64,000 nt of DNA from Clostridiales bacterium (lineage in GTDB: Bacteria; Bacillota; Clostridia; Oscillospirales; Oscillospiraceae): assembly GCA_014799565.1 (NCBI GenBank), contig JAAVHT010000023.1, forward strand, positions 43,561-107,560, given 5' to 3'. A program made the position numbers and the translations under genes. Shown here one piece after another: positions 10,327 through 20,082 of this stretch; positions within the stretch are counted from its first letter, which is position 1, and each line of letters opens with the position of its first letter. The notes beneath the pieces are model-generated. The model saw only the letters and a program-made list of their open reading frames with translations. It was not told where the DNA came from and searched no databases.

Positions 10327-10887
10327 TTACTTCAAATCTTCTCCGTTGAGCCATTTGGCCAGGGGCTTCATCAGCACCGCGCAGACGACCACCGCCAGAA
10401 TGGTATTGGGGAGCATATAGCCGCCGTTGTAGAGGGCGGAGTAGAAAAACGGAGAGGTCATGGTCATGCCCATAAACTGCTCGGGCATCCACTCGGCGTA
10501 GACGGTGACGCCGCTGATGTAGTGCACGATGAAACGGGCGACGCCCGCCACCGCCGCGGCCACGGGGATGAGGTTGGCCTTGCGCTTGAACAGGCCGGCA
10601 AGGCCCATCATGGCGTAAGCCCCAGTGTAGTCAAAGACGATGGACACCCAGCTGATGACAAAGCTGTCCAGCCCCAGGAAATACTTCAGGGTGCCGAACA
10701 CCGCGCCGGCGGCGATGCCCCAGCCCAGGCCCCAGCGAACCGAGAAAATGATGATGGGGATCATGGCGGCGCTGATGGAGCCGCCCTGGAACCACAGGTC
10801 CAGCTCCACAAAGGTCAGCGCATAGGCCAGCGCTATGCTGACCGCGCCTTCGCACAGCATCCGGGTGGTTTGGTTTACATTTTTCAT
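10327..10887 (-). CDS. thiT: Energy-coupling-factor thiamine transporter, S component
   Basis: QGGSIS, DY, HYISGV, YSALYNGGYMLP motifs; lies under a TPP riboswitch. Confidence 0.92.
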   Translation of the reverse strand: MKNVNQTTRMLCEGAVSIALAYALTFVELDLWFQGGSISAAMIPIIIFSVRWGLGWGIAAGAVFGTLKYFLGLDSFVISWVSIVFDYTGAYAMMGLAGLFKRKANLIPVAAAVAGVARFIVHYISGVTVYAEWMPEQFMGMTMTSPFFYSALYNGGYMLPNTILAVVVCAVLMKPLAKWLNGEDLK

Positions 10888-10970
10888 GTGTCGTTTCCTC
10901 CTAAAATAAGTATACCGCAATGCAAACGGTGCAATGCGGTAAGCGAGAGAAACGACAACGACCCCTTGTC

Positions 10971-11076
10971 GAATACACTTCCTACGCCGGCATTACCCGG
11001 ATCAGGTTCTAGGGACCGGGGGCTGCGATTTGCCCCACATCTCAGCCGGAAATGCTTCCAGCGCCCCTGTGATATT
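10971..11076 (-). ncRNA. TPP riboswitch
   Basis: Minus strand reads cacaggggcgc...ggctgaga...ccctagaacctgatccgggtaatgccggcgtaggaagtg. Promoter TTGACA(11127)-17-TAGAAT upstream. Confidence 0.95.
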
Positions 11077-11281
11077 CCATTCACTTGCGGTTGACCTTAT
11101 TCTAGACGAAAGGAACAGCGCTGTCAAGAGGGTGGGCAAAAGGACGAAAAAAAGGGCGGATTTTTGTAGACTTTGCTGGGGCCCCAACAAAATGTGCCGG
11201 GTCGCCCCAAATTCCGCCACGGAGCAACAAGATGTGCCAACCTGGGGTGGTTGGCCCTTGGAAGCGCTGGAAATTCAGGGG

Positions 11282-11332
11282 TTGACGAATGTGGAAAAAA
11301 GGTGTAGGATGTATCTGTAACCATTTTGTAAC
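11282..11332 (+). promoter_or_regulatory. Sigma-A promoter plus WalR-type direct repeat
   Basis: TTGACG-17-TAGGAT, then TGTAAC-N5-TGTAAC at 11316-11332. Confidence 0.6.
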
Positions 11333-11397
11333 TCTTTTGCTTGAGTTTGTTACGGTTTTGTTTGATCGAGAACCAACGCTTACAGGAGGGACTTTTC

Positions 11398-13134
11398 GTG
11401 AAGCAGGCCGAGAGAGATCACAAAACGCTGGAGAATAAAAACGAGGAAATTGAAACCGCCGGCCAGAACAGCACCAGGCCAACCGGCGGCTGGAGGGATT
11501 ATATCGAGCAGGCCGAGGCCGCCGAGAAAAAGGCGGAGCAGGAGGCCGCGAAAGCCCGCGCCGCCCAGATAAAGGCTTCGAAAAAACGGTTCCAGCCCAA
11601 GGCGCTGGCTGAAAAGGCAAAGGCCGCGTTCAGCGGCATCAAAAAGGACGAGGCTGGGCAGGGGCAGCTGAAGGAGAAAGCCGCCCGGGCCGGGAAAAAC
11701 TTGGCCGAGGCCGCCGAGGTGTGCTGGGAAAAGATCTGCGCCGTCACCGCCGAGGGATGGGACAAGGCGGGCCGCGCCACGGCCAAGGTTCGGGGCGTGG
11801 TGGCCCGACACCCGGTGTCCCCGCTGCTGTATGTGACGCTGCTGGCGGTGTTCATCGGCGTCAGCGCCTTCCAGAAAACCTACGCCCGGGCCTATGTGCT
11901 GGAGTACAACGGCCAGGAGGTGGCCGTGGTGGCCAGTGAGGACGAGAAGGACACCATCGTCAGCAACATCGAGTCCCGAGCCTCCGAAATTTTGGGCGAG
12001 CATTATGACTACGACGCGGAGATCACCGTGACCCCGGTGTACGCCACCCCCGACGAGTTGAGCGACACCGCCCAGGTGGAGGACGCGCTGTTCGAGGACG
12101 TGGGCGTCTGGATGACCGCTTACGGCCTGCGGGTGGATGGCCAGGAGCTTGGCCGCGCCGCCACTGAGGGGGAGCTGTACCGGATGCTGGACGCGGCGGC
12201 GCAGCCCTACCTCACCGCCGACACTGTCAGCTACGAGTTTGTGGAGGATGTAGAGGTCTACCCCATTGAGATGCCCTCCAACAGCAAGTTCGACGTGGAG
12301 CCCATTCGGGAGACTTTGGCCCAGATGCGGGTGGAGCAGTCCACCTATGTAGTGAAGAAGGGCGACACCTTCAACGCCATCGCCTACTCCCTGGATATGT
12401 GGCCCTACGAGCTGTCCATCCTCAACCCGGACGTCATCGTGGATAAGCTGTGGGTGGATCAGGAGCTGGTCATCCAGGAGGCCGTGCCCTATCTGTCGGT
12501 GCAGAATTTCACCGATGAGACCTATGAGGATGTCATCCCCAGCCCGGTGGAGTATATCGAGACCGCCGACCTCTATGTGGGCGACACCAAGGTGAAGGAG
12601 CAGGGCGAGGACGGCTTGGCACTGGTCAACGCCCGGGTCACCTATGTCAACGGCGTGGAAGTGGAGCGGGAGATCCTTCAGTCCACCACGCTGGAGGAGC
12701 CTACCACCACCTACACCTACACCGGCACCACCCCCCGGCCCATCACCGCCTCCAACGGCTACTTCATCTGGCCGGTGCGGGGCACCATCACCTCCAACTT
12801 CGGCGGGCGCAACCTGTGGGGGCGCTATGACTTCCACCTGGGCCTGGACATCGCCTGTCCCACCGGCACCAGCATCAAGGCCGCCGACGGCGGTACGGTC
12901 ATCAAGGCGGGTTGGAGCGGAAGCTATGGCAATCTGGTGGCCATCCGCCATGACAACGGCTATGTCACCTACTACGCCCACAACTCCTCTATCCTGGTGA
13001 GCGTGGGTGATAAGGTATACCAAGGTCAGGTCATCGCCCGGGCGGGCATGACCGGAAACGCCAGCGGCCCCCACTGCCACTTCGAGGTGCGCATCAACGG
13101 CACCAGCGTCAACCCCAGGAACTACTTGCGGTAA
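11398..13134 (+). CDS. Membrane-anchored LysM/G5/M23 peptidoglycan endopeptidase
   Basis: GTG start after AGGAGG; TM helix; LysM (YVVKKGDTFNAIA); G5-like segment; M23 HLGLD and GPHCHFEV. Confidence 0.9.
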   Translation: MKQAERDHKTLENKNEEIETAGQNSTRPTGGWRDYIEQAEAAEKKAEQEAAKARAAQIKASKKRFQPKALAEKAKAAFSGIKKDEAGQGQLKEKAARAGKNLAEAAEVCWEKICAVTAEGWDKAGRATAKVRGVVARHPVSPLLYVTLLAVFIGVSAFQKTYARAYVLEYNGQEVAVVASEDEKDTIVSNIESRASEILGEHYDYDAEITVTPVYATPDELSDTAQVEDALFEDVGVWMTAYGLRVDGQELGRAATEGELYRMLDAAAQPYLTADTVSYEFVEDVEVYPIEMPSNSKFDVEPIRETLAQMRVEQSTYVVKKGDTFNAIAYSLDMWPYELSILNPDVIVDKLWVDQELVIQEAVPYLSVQNFTDETYEDVIPSPVEYIETADLYVGDTKVKEQGEDGLALVNARVTYVNGVEVEREILQSTTLEEPTTTYTYTGTTPRPITASNGYFIWPVRGTITSNFGGRNLWGRYDFHLGLDIACPTGTSIKAADGGTVIKAGWSGSYGNLVAIRHDNGYVTYYAHNSSILVSVGDKVYQGQVIARAGMTGNASGPHCHFEVRINGTSVNPRNYLR

Positions 13135-13150
13135 CTCAATCGGCCCTTTG

Positions 13151-13182
13151 CCACCCCCGGCATCTGCCGGGGGTGGTTTTTT
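13151..13182 (+). terminator. Intrinsic terminator
   Basis: ccacccccggca / tgccgggggtgg followed by TTTTTT. Confidence 0.8.
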
Positions 13183-13362
13183 GCGCAAAAACCGAACAAA
13201 TCTCGAAAATACCCCTTGACAAAATCGAACGAATATATTATTATAGCGGCGAATGAAACAAAAGAACTAGCGAGGGACGGCAGGCCGGGCGCAAAAAGGC
13301 CCGGTTTATGGGACTATAAGAGTGATATGCTGAACTCATCCGATCAGAGGAGGGTTTGAACC

Positions 13363-13725
13363 ATGAAAAGCGTTACCTATACCTTTACCACGTGGGATGA
13401 CAGCCAGCGGGCGGCCGGATTTGACGGCGAGCTGGACAGCGGCCGTCAGGCCGTTATGGTGCGGAAGTCAGGCGTCCGGCCCTGCCGGATGCCTGGCGGG
13501 GATAACGTGATCGACCTGGCCGCCTGGAGGGCTGCCAACCAGGAGCTTTGGGAGGAGCAGTCCGAGCTTGAGCCGGAGTACGCTGTGGAGGAGGCGGAGC
13601 CAGAGGCCCCCGCCCGCCGGGTGCGTAGTCGCCGCCGCAGAGTTTATATCGATCCCGAGCTGGCCTTCATTGTGGGAGTGGTGGGTGTGCTGGCGGCGCT
13701 GCTGATTCGGGTGCTGGCGTTCTAA
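13363..13725 (+). CDS. Hypothetical protein with a C-terminal TM helix
   Basis: GGAGG RBS, own promoter (TTGACA 13216 / TATTAT 13239), acidic then basic stretch, hydrophobic C-terminus. Confidence 0.7.
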   Translation: MKSVTYTFTTWDDSQRAAGFDGELDSGRQAVMVRKSGVRPCRMPGGDNVIDLAAWRAANQELWEEQSELEPEYAVEEAEPEAPARRVRSRRRRVYIDPELAFIVGVVGVLAALLIRVLAF

Positions 13726-13742
13726 CCGAAGTGAGACACGAC

Positions 13743-13781
13743 AAAGGGCCGTCCCGGAGGATTCCGGGACGGCCCTTTTTT
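13743..13781. terminator. Bidirectional terminator
   Basis: aaagggccgtcccgga / tccgggacggcccttt between convergent genes. Confidence 0.8.
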
Positions 13782-13806
13782 GATGTTCCGCAATGGGCGC
13801 GGCTCA

Positions 13807-16446
13807 TTACAGTTGGCTTTTCAGTTTGTACAGGAGGTTCATGGCCTCGATGGGGGTGAGGGTTTCCACGGAGGTATTCCGCAGCTGCTCCAGCACCGCC
13901 GCCCCAGCCATATCCCCCAGGGACACTTGGCCGGATTCCTCCTGGGGCGCCTGGGGCCGGGCGGGCGCCCAGCCCTGCCGCTCCAGTTCGTCCAAAATCT
14001 CCCGGGCCCGATCCACCACTTTGCCGGGGACACCCGCCAGCTTGGCCACCTCCACGCCGTAGCTCTGATCCGCCCCGCCGGGGACGATCTTGCGCAGGAA
14101 CACGATGCCGTCCCCACGCTTTTTGGCGGCGATGTGGAAGTTTTTCACCCCTTCGATGGTGTGTTCCACCTCGGTCAGCTCATGGTAGTGGGTGGCGAAC
14201 AGGGTCTTGGCCCCCAGCCGCCTTTTGTCCGCGCAGTACTCCAGCACCGCCCGGGCGATGGACATACCGTCATAGGTGGAGGTGCCCCGGCCAATCTCGT
14301 CCAGGATGAGCAGGGAGCGGGAGGTGGCGTTCTTCAGCATATTCGCCACCTCGGTCATCTCCACCATGAAGGTGGACTGGCCCGCCGACAGGTCGTCGGA
14401 GGCCCCGATCCGGGTGAATACCCGATCCACCACCCCGATCCGGGCGGAGCGGGCCGGGACAAAGCTGCCCATCTGGGCCATGAGGACGATGAGGGCCACC
14501 TGCCGCATATAGGTGGACTTGCCCGCCATGTTGGGGCCGGTGATGATGGCCAGCCGGTTCTCGCCGCCGTCCATGTGGGCGTCGTTGGGGACGAACAGGG
14601 AGTCCTTCAGCATCCGCTCCACCACCGGGTGGCGGCCCTCCTTGATGTCGATGACGCCGCTGTCGTCCACCTCCGGTCGGACGTAGCCGTTCTGCACCGC
14701 CGCCGCGGCGAAGGAGCACAACACGTCCAGATAGCCCACGCCCCCCGCCACGTCCTGCACCTGACGCACCCGCTGGGAGGCGGTGTCCCGCAGCTGGCAG
14801 AACAATTGATATTCCAGGGCGGTCACCCGGCTCTGGGCGGACAGGATCTCGTGCTCCAGGTCCTTCAGCTCCTGGGTGATGAATCGCTCGCAGTTCACAA
14901 GGGTCTGCTTGCGGATGTAGTCCTCCGGCACCAGGCTGTAGTAGCTTTTGGACACCTCGATGTAATAGCCGAACACCTTGTTGTAGCGCACCTTCAGGCT
15001 CTTGATGCCGGTGCGCTCCTTCTCCCGGCCCTCCAGCGCGGCCACCATGTCCGCGCCGTGGTCGATGACATCCCGGAGGTGATCCACCTCCTCGTTATAA
15101 CCCTTGCGGATGAAGCCGCCCTCCCGAATGGTGAAGGGCAGGCGATTGTCGTCCTCGTCATCCCGGATGGCCTGCTTCAGCAGGGTTTGCAAATCCCCCA
15201 GGCCGGTGAACTGATCCAAAAACTCAAAGCGCCGGGGGGCCGCCTTCACCAGGCCCGCCGCCTGCTCCGCCAGTACGGGCAGTACCGCCAGCCCGTCGGC
15301 CAGCATCAGCATATCCCGGGCGTTGGCGCTGCCATACACCACCTTGCCGATGATGCGCTCCAGGTCGGGCACCTGCCGCAGGGTGCGGGACAGCTCCTCC
15401 CGCACCACCGCGTCCGCCGCCAGGGCGGCCACCTGATCCTGCCGGATGGTGATAGCGGCGGGATTGCAGAGGGGCTGCTCGATCCAGGCGCGGATGAGCC
15501 GGTGGCCCATGGGCGTTTTCGTCTTGTCCAGCACCCACAGCAGCGAACCCTTTTTCTCCTTGCCCCGGATGGTCTCGGTCAGCTCCAGGGTGCGCCGGGC
15601 GGTGAGATCCAGCTCCAGATAGCGCTGACGTTTGGCCCCGTCCACCTCCAGGCGGCTGAGGTGGCCCAGATCGGTCTTTTGGGTCTCTTTCAGGTAGGAG
15701 GCCAGCGCCCCCGCCGCCTGGAAGCCCAGCAGCAGGCCGCCATCGGGGCCCTCGGGCAGCCCCTCGCCCTCCGCCCACACGCCGCAGGCCGTCAGGGCCG
15801 CTTTGGCCTGGGCGGGGCGGAAGCGGGCCTCCCCGCCGTTCTCACACAGGCAGCCCAGGCGCTCCCGCAGAAAGCCCACCAGCTCCGCCTGGGCAAAGGC
15901 TCCGTCGGACAGGATAGCTTCGCTGGGGGGCTCGGCGGACAGGCGGTTGAGCAGATGGGACAGCCAGCCCTCCCCTTGGAAGGGGGCGGCGGTGAACTGC
16001 CCGGTGGACAGGTCGCACTGGGACAGCCCCGCCCCGGTGCTGTCCAGATAAATGGCGCAGATGAAGTTGTTCCGGCTCTCGTCCAGCATCACGTCGTCCA
16101 TGGCGGTGCCCGGGGTGACGATGCGGATCACGTCCCGATCCACCAAACCCTTGGCGGTGGCGGGATCCTCCATCTGCTCACAGATGGCCACCTTGTACCC
16201 CCGCTTGATGAGCCGGGCGATGTAGTTCTGGGCGGAGTGGTAGGGCACGCCGCACATGGGGGTGCGCTCCTCCTCCGGCTTGCCCCGGTCCCGGGTGGTC
16301 AGGGTCAGGCCCAGCTCCTCCGCGCCCAGCTTGGCGTCGTCGTGGAACATCTCGTAAAAATCGCCCAGCCGGAAGAACAGCAGGCAATCCGGGTGTTCCT
16401 CCTTCACCTTCCAGTACTGCTTCATCATGGGGGTCAGTTCGGCCAT
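13807..16446 (-). CDS. mutS: DNA mismatch repair protein MutS
   Basis: TPMMKQY, FFRLGDFYEMF, TGPNMAGKSTYMRQ, STFMVEM, DEIGRGTST. Confidence 0.98.
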   Translation of the reverse strand: MAELTPMMKQYWKVKEEHPDCLLFFRLGDFYEMFHDDAKLGAEELGLTLTTRDRGKPEEERTPMCGVPYHSAQNYIARLIKRGYKVAICEQMEDPATAKGLVDRDVIRIVTPGTAMDDVMLDESRNNFICAIYLDSTGAGLSQCDLSTGQFTAAPFQGEGWLSHLLNRLSAEPPSEAILSDGAFAQAELVGFLRERLGCLCENGGEARFRPAQAKAALTACGVWAEGEGLPEGPDGGLLLGFQAAGALASYLKETQKTDLGHLSRLEVDGAKRQRYLELDLTARRTLELTETIRGKEKKGSLLWVLDKTKTPMGHRLIRAWIEQPLCNPAAITIRQDQVAALAADAVVREELSRTLRQVPDLERIIGKVVYGSANARDMLMLADGLAVLPVLAEQAAGLVKAAPRRFEFLDQFTGLGDLQTLLKQAIRDDEDDNRLPFTIREGGFIRKGYNEEVDHLRDVIDHGADMVAALEGREKERTGIKSLKVRYNKVFGYYIEVSKSYYSLVPEDYIRKQTLVNCERFITQELKDLEHEILSAQSRVTALEYQLFCQLRDTASQRVRQVQDVAGGVGYLDVLCSFAAAAVQNGYVRPEVDDSGVIDIKEGRHPVVERMLKDSLFVPNDAHMDGGENRLAIITGPNMAGKSTYMRQVALIVLMAQMGSFVPARSARIGVVDRVFTRIGASDDLSAGQSTFMVEMTEVANMLKNATSRSLLILDEIGRGTSTYDGMSIARAVLEYCADKRRLGAKTLFATHYHELTEVEHTIEGVKNFHIAAKKRGDGIVFLRKIVPGGADQSYGVEVAKLAGVPGKVVDRAREILDELERQGWAPARPQAPQEESGQVSLGDMAGAAVLEQLRNTSVETLTPIEAMNLLYKLKSQL

Positions 16447-16502
16447 AGTCCCACACCTTCTCTTTCTAAGATAAGCGGCGGGGTGCCCCCCGCCGCGCGT
16501 GT

Positions 16503-17333
16503 TTACTCGCCATAATCTACAATCACATACACGTTCTGCACATTGGCGATGTCCGCCGCGGGCTCCACCTGGGCGTAACGGCTGACGCCGTCCTCTTCCA
16601 CGTACAGGGTGCGCACGGAGCCCACCACCAGCCCAGAGGGATAGATGCCGCCCAGGCCCGAGGTAGTGATCTGGTCGCCGGTGACCAGCTTGGCCTCCTC
16701 CGGCAGGAAGGACAGCCGAAGCAGCCCGTCCAGCATGAGGGAGAAGTCCCCCTCCAGAATGGCGTCCTCATCGGTGCGGGCCACCCGCCCCCCCAGCTCC
16801 AGGGTGGGATCCAGGATGGTGGTGACCACGGAGGAATTGGGATTCGCCTCAGTGACCACGCCCACGAGGTGGCCGTACTGGTCAATGACGCAGTCGTTGA
16901 CCTCCACGCCCCCCAGGGTGCCCCGGTCGATGGTCAGGTTGGAGGCCCAGTTGGAGGCGGAACGGCGAACCACCGCCGCGTCCTGGTACTGGAGCTCGGG
17001 GCGGGCCTCATGGAGACCCAGCAGATCCTTCATGCGCTCGTTCTCCCGCACCGCGTCCTGCCCGGCGATGGCGTCCTGCTCCAGCTCGGCCACCCGCTGG
17101 CGCAGTGCCTCGTTCTCCGCCGCCAGCTCCTCATAGCGAAACGCCTTGTCGTATTGGGCCTGGGTCCAGTTGGTCACCGCGCTGGACGCCGCCCGGAAGG
17201 GGGTGGCCAGCACCTCCAGCACGTTGGTGAGGGGGTTGAAGCCCAGGATCTGCGCCCCAAGGGCCAGCACCGCCGCCAGCAGCACCGCCGCCACCAACAA
17301 AAGCCCGCCGTTGTTTCGGAAAAATTGCTTCAT
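16503..17333 (-). CDS. mreC: Rod shape-determining protein MreC
   Basis: N-terminal TM, coiled coil (ENEALR, ENERMKDLL), TSGLGGIYPSGLVVG. Confidence 0.92.
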   Translation of the reverse strand: MKQFFRNNGGLLLVAAVLLAAVLALGAQILGFNPLTNVLEVLATPFRAASSAVTNWTQAQYDKAFRYEELAAENEALRQRVAELEQDAIAGQDAVRENERMKDLLGLHEARPELQYQDAAVVRRSASNWASNLTIDRGTLGGVEVNDCVIDQYGHLVGVVTEANPNSSVVTTILDPTLELGGRVARTDEDAILEGDFSLMLDGLLRLSFLPEEAKLVTGDQITTSGLGGIYPSGLVVGSVRTLYVEEDGVSRYAQVEPAADIANVQNVYVIVDYGE

Positions 17334-17917
17334 GGATGATCTCCTAATAATAAATCTACGCCAAAGCCGGACAGGATGCGGCCCAGCCGAAACAGCGGCA
17401 GGCCCATCACATTGAAATAATCCCCATGGATGCCGGACACCAGCAGAGCCCCCCGCTCCTGGATGCCGTAAGCCCCGGCCTTGTCCATGGGCTCCCCGGT
17501 GGCGATGTAGCCCCGGATCTCGTCCGGCCCGATATCCCGGAAGGTGACGGCGGTCTCCTCGTGCTGGGTGACCGCTTCGTTCCCCCGGAGAACCGTCACA
17601 CCGGTGTAGACATGGTGCTCCCGGCTCGACAGGGCGGACAGCATGGCGAAGGCGTCCGCCTCGTCATGAGGCTTGCCCAGCACCGCCCCGTCCATCGCCA
17701 CCACCGTGTCGGCGGCGATGATGAGGTCGTCCGGCCCCACTTTTTTCGCCGCCGCCTGCGCTTTGCGCAGGGATAACTGCTCCACAATTTCGGCGGGGGA
17801 CAGGTTGTCCGCTACGGTTTCATCCACATCAGGGGAGATGATCTCAAACTCTTCAATGCCTATTTTCCCCAGCAATTCCTTGCGGCGGGGAGAGTTTGAT
17901 GCCAAAACAATATTCAT
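17330..17917 (-). CDS. maf: Maf-family nucleotide pyrophosphatase
   Basis: LASNSPRRKELL, AADTVV, LGKP, DKAGAYGIQ, NVMGLP. Confidence 0.95.
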   Translation of the reverse strand: MNIVLASNSPRRKELLGKIGIEEFEIISPDVDETVADNLSPAEIVEQLSLRKAQAAAKKVGPDDLIIAADTVVAMDGAVLGKPHDEADAFAMLSALSSREHHVYTGVTVLRGNEAVTQHEETAVTFRDIGPDEIRGYIATGEPMDKAGAYGIQERGALLVSGIHGDYFNVMGLPLFRLGRILSGFGVDLLLGDHP

Positions 17918-17972
17918 TGTTTGCCTCCAAATGAATTCTTCCCTTGCGAGGGGGCAGCCTCCGGCGTGAAGA

Positions 17973-20057
17973 TCACTCCACGTCCCGGTAATATAAGCCG
18001 CGCGTATAGTTATTGGGAATGTAATTACCGCGGCTCCGGTAGGCGTCCAGCACCTGGACGCACTCCACCCCGTTCTCCGTGGTGAACAGCAGGCGGATGG
18101 AACGCAGGCCCGCCTTCTTCCAGTCCGCCGCCTTGTCCGCCAAAAACACCTTGTTGGCGTTCAAAATCTCGTTGCGGCAGCCGTAGGCCCGCTCCACCGG
18201 GAAGCGCACCCCTTTGCGGTCGGTGAGCAGATTTACATTGGAGCACACACACTTGCCCGACTGGTTCTTGATGGCGCAGTTCTCCGTGATCATCAGCGGC
18301 AGACGGCCATAGGCGATCATCTCCACGTCCACCGCCTTGGAGATATCCCGGATCTGGGCCAGCTTCAATTCAAAGGAGGCGGTCAGCGACTGGAAGCCCA
18401 GCCGCTTGTACTCCTTCACCCCCTGGCTGTTGAACACCTGGAGGCCGAAGTCGCCCCGCAGATTGAAGCCAAACTCCTTGCACAGCGGGATCAGGCCCAG
18501 ATTGCCCACATAGGCGTCGGTGACTCCCGCCTCCTTGCAGGTCTCCAATTCCCTCCGCAGGCCATCCAGCTCTCGGTCAAAGCAGATCCGGGGCAGCACC
18601 GCCGCCACAGGGACGCCTCGGCCGATGGTGGCCCTTACATCGTCCGGGTGGGCGGCGATCTCCTCCGCCGGGAGGGTAATCATGGCAGGGCGGGCCTTAG
18701 TCAGTTCAAAGGTCATCTGGCCCGCTTTCCGCAGGGAGACGATGATGTCAGGCTCTTCCCGGTAATTCTCGTACCGCGCCCCCAGCTTATACTCGCTGTG
18801 GCGGCGTTGGGGCAGGGCGGTGCGCTGGCGGGACAGGTCGTCCAGCACCTGGCGGCGCAGGCTGTTGAGGGCGGACAGGGGCACCGCCAGCCCGTCCTGA
18901 ACCAACGAGCGCACGTCGATGACCCGGTAGGGGGTGCCCCCCGTCTTGGTGAGCTGGCCGTCCACCTCCGCCCGGGTGGTGACCCTCCGGCGGGCCGCCT
19001 CGGGGATCTGCCCCGCGGCGGTGGCCACGCGGCCCTGGTCGTCCTCCACACCCACTTGGATGGGCTCGCCCGGACGAACCAGCGCGTAGAATTTCACCGG
19101 TACGCCGGGGCCCTCGCCCTTCTCATAGGCGGCCTTGGCCTGGGCGAACAGCTCCCGGGGGTGTTTGGCCTCCTCCCGGACGCCGAACATATCGGGGCCC
19201 TTTTGCTCCATAAAATAGCCGTCGGTGAAGCCCTGGCGGGAGAACGCCTGCTCCAGCCGGGACAGCTCCTCCGCCGTGGGCTCCCGTCCGTCCCGGAGGG
19301 CGTCGGCGTACACCTTGGTGACGATATAGACATACTCGGGCCGCTTCATCCGGCCCTCGATCTTGGCGCTGGCCACCCCCATGTCCCGCAGCTCCTGCAA
19401 ATGGCCCGCCAGGGACATATCCTTCAGGGACAGCGGATGGCGGTCGATCAGCTCGTCTCCCCAGCCGTAGGGCAGGCGGCAGGGCTGGGCGCACATACCC
19501 CGGTTGCCGCTGCGCCCCCCGATGACGGAGGACATGAAGCACTGGCCGGAATAGCACATACACAGCGCCCCGTGGACGAACACCTCGATCTCGATGGGGG
19601 AGTGCTCACAGATGTAGGCGATGTCCCGGCGGGACAGCTCCCGGGCCAGCACCGCCCGGGTGATGCCCAGATCTGCGGCCTGCTTCACCCCGTCCAGGTT
19701 GTGGAGGGTCATCTGAGTGGAGGCGTGAAGGGGCAGGTCGGGGGCGCACTGGCGCAGAGCCCGCACCAAGCCCATATCCTGCACCAGCACCGCGTCCGCC
19801 CCCAGCTGGGATGCCTGGACAGCGCAGTCCACCGCGTCTGCCATCTCCCGGTCGGAGGCCAGGGTATTCAGGGTGAGGTACACCTTCACCCCCCGCAGAT
19901 GGCAGTAGGATACCGCCGAGGCGAACTCGTCCCGGGTAAAATTGCGGGCGCCCCGGCGGGCATTGAATTGTCCGAAGCCGAGGTAGACCGCGTCCGCCCC
20001 AGCGCATACCGCCGCACGCAGCGCCTCCGGGCTGCCGGCGGGGGATAGTATCTCCAT
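17973..20057 (-). CDS. U32 family protein with long C-terminal extension (RlhA-like RNA hydroxylase type)
   Basis: GADAVYLG, HASTQM, HGALCMCYSGQC, NRGMCAQPCR, KIEGRMK. Confidence 0.9.
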   Translation of the reverse strand: MEILSPAGSPEALRAAVCAGADAVYLGFGQFNARRGARNFTRDEFASAVSYCHLRGVKVYLTLNTLASDREMADAVDCAVQASQLGADAVLVQDMGLVRALRQCAPDLPLHASTQMTLHNLDGVKQAADLGITRAVLARELSRRDIAYICEHSPIEIEVFVHGALCMCYSGQCFMSSVIGGRSGNRGMCAQPCRLPYGWGDELIDRHPLSLKDMSLAGHLQELRDMGVASAKIEGRMKRPEYVYIVTKVYADALRDGREPTAEELSRLEQAFSRQGFTDGYFMEQKGPDMFGVREEAKHPRELFAQAKAAYEKGEGPGVPVKFYALVRPGEPIQVGVEDDQGRVATAAGQIPEAARRRVTTRAEVDGQLTKTGGTPYRVIDVRSLVQDGLAVPLSALNSLRRQVLDDLSRQRTALPQRRHSEYKLGARYENYREEPDIIVSLRKAGQMTFELTKARPAMITLPAEEIAAHPDDVRATIGRGVPVAAVLPRICFDRELDGLRRELETCKEAGVTDAYVGNLGLIPLCKEFGFNLRGDFGLQVFNSQGVKEYKRLGFQSLTASFELKLAQIRDISKAVDVEMIAYGRLPLMITENCAIKNQSGKCVCSNVNLLTDRKGVRFPVERAYGCRNEILNANKVFLADKAADWKKAGLRSIRLLFTTENGVECVQVLDAYRSRGNYIPNNYTRGLYYRDVE

Positions 20058-20082
20058 AGGTTCTCTCTCGTTTCTCTGGAAA

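Noticed and set aside
13780-16515. 911-aa + strand ORF, and similar long antisense ORFs opposite ileS, glyQS, the DEAD helicase, M23, mnmG and gap
   Set aside because: Shadow frames of real genes, expected with high GC3 codon bias; no recognisable motifs.
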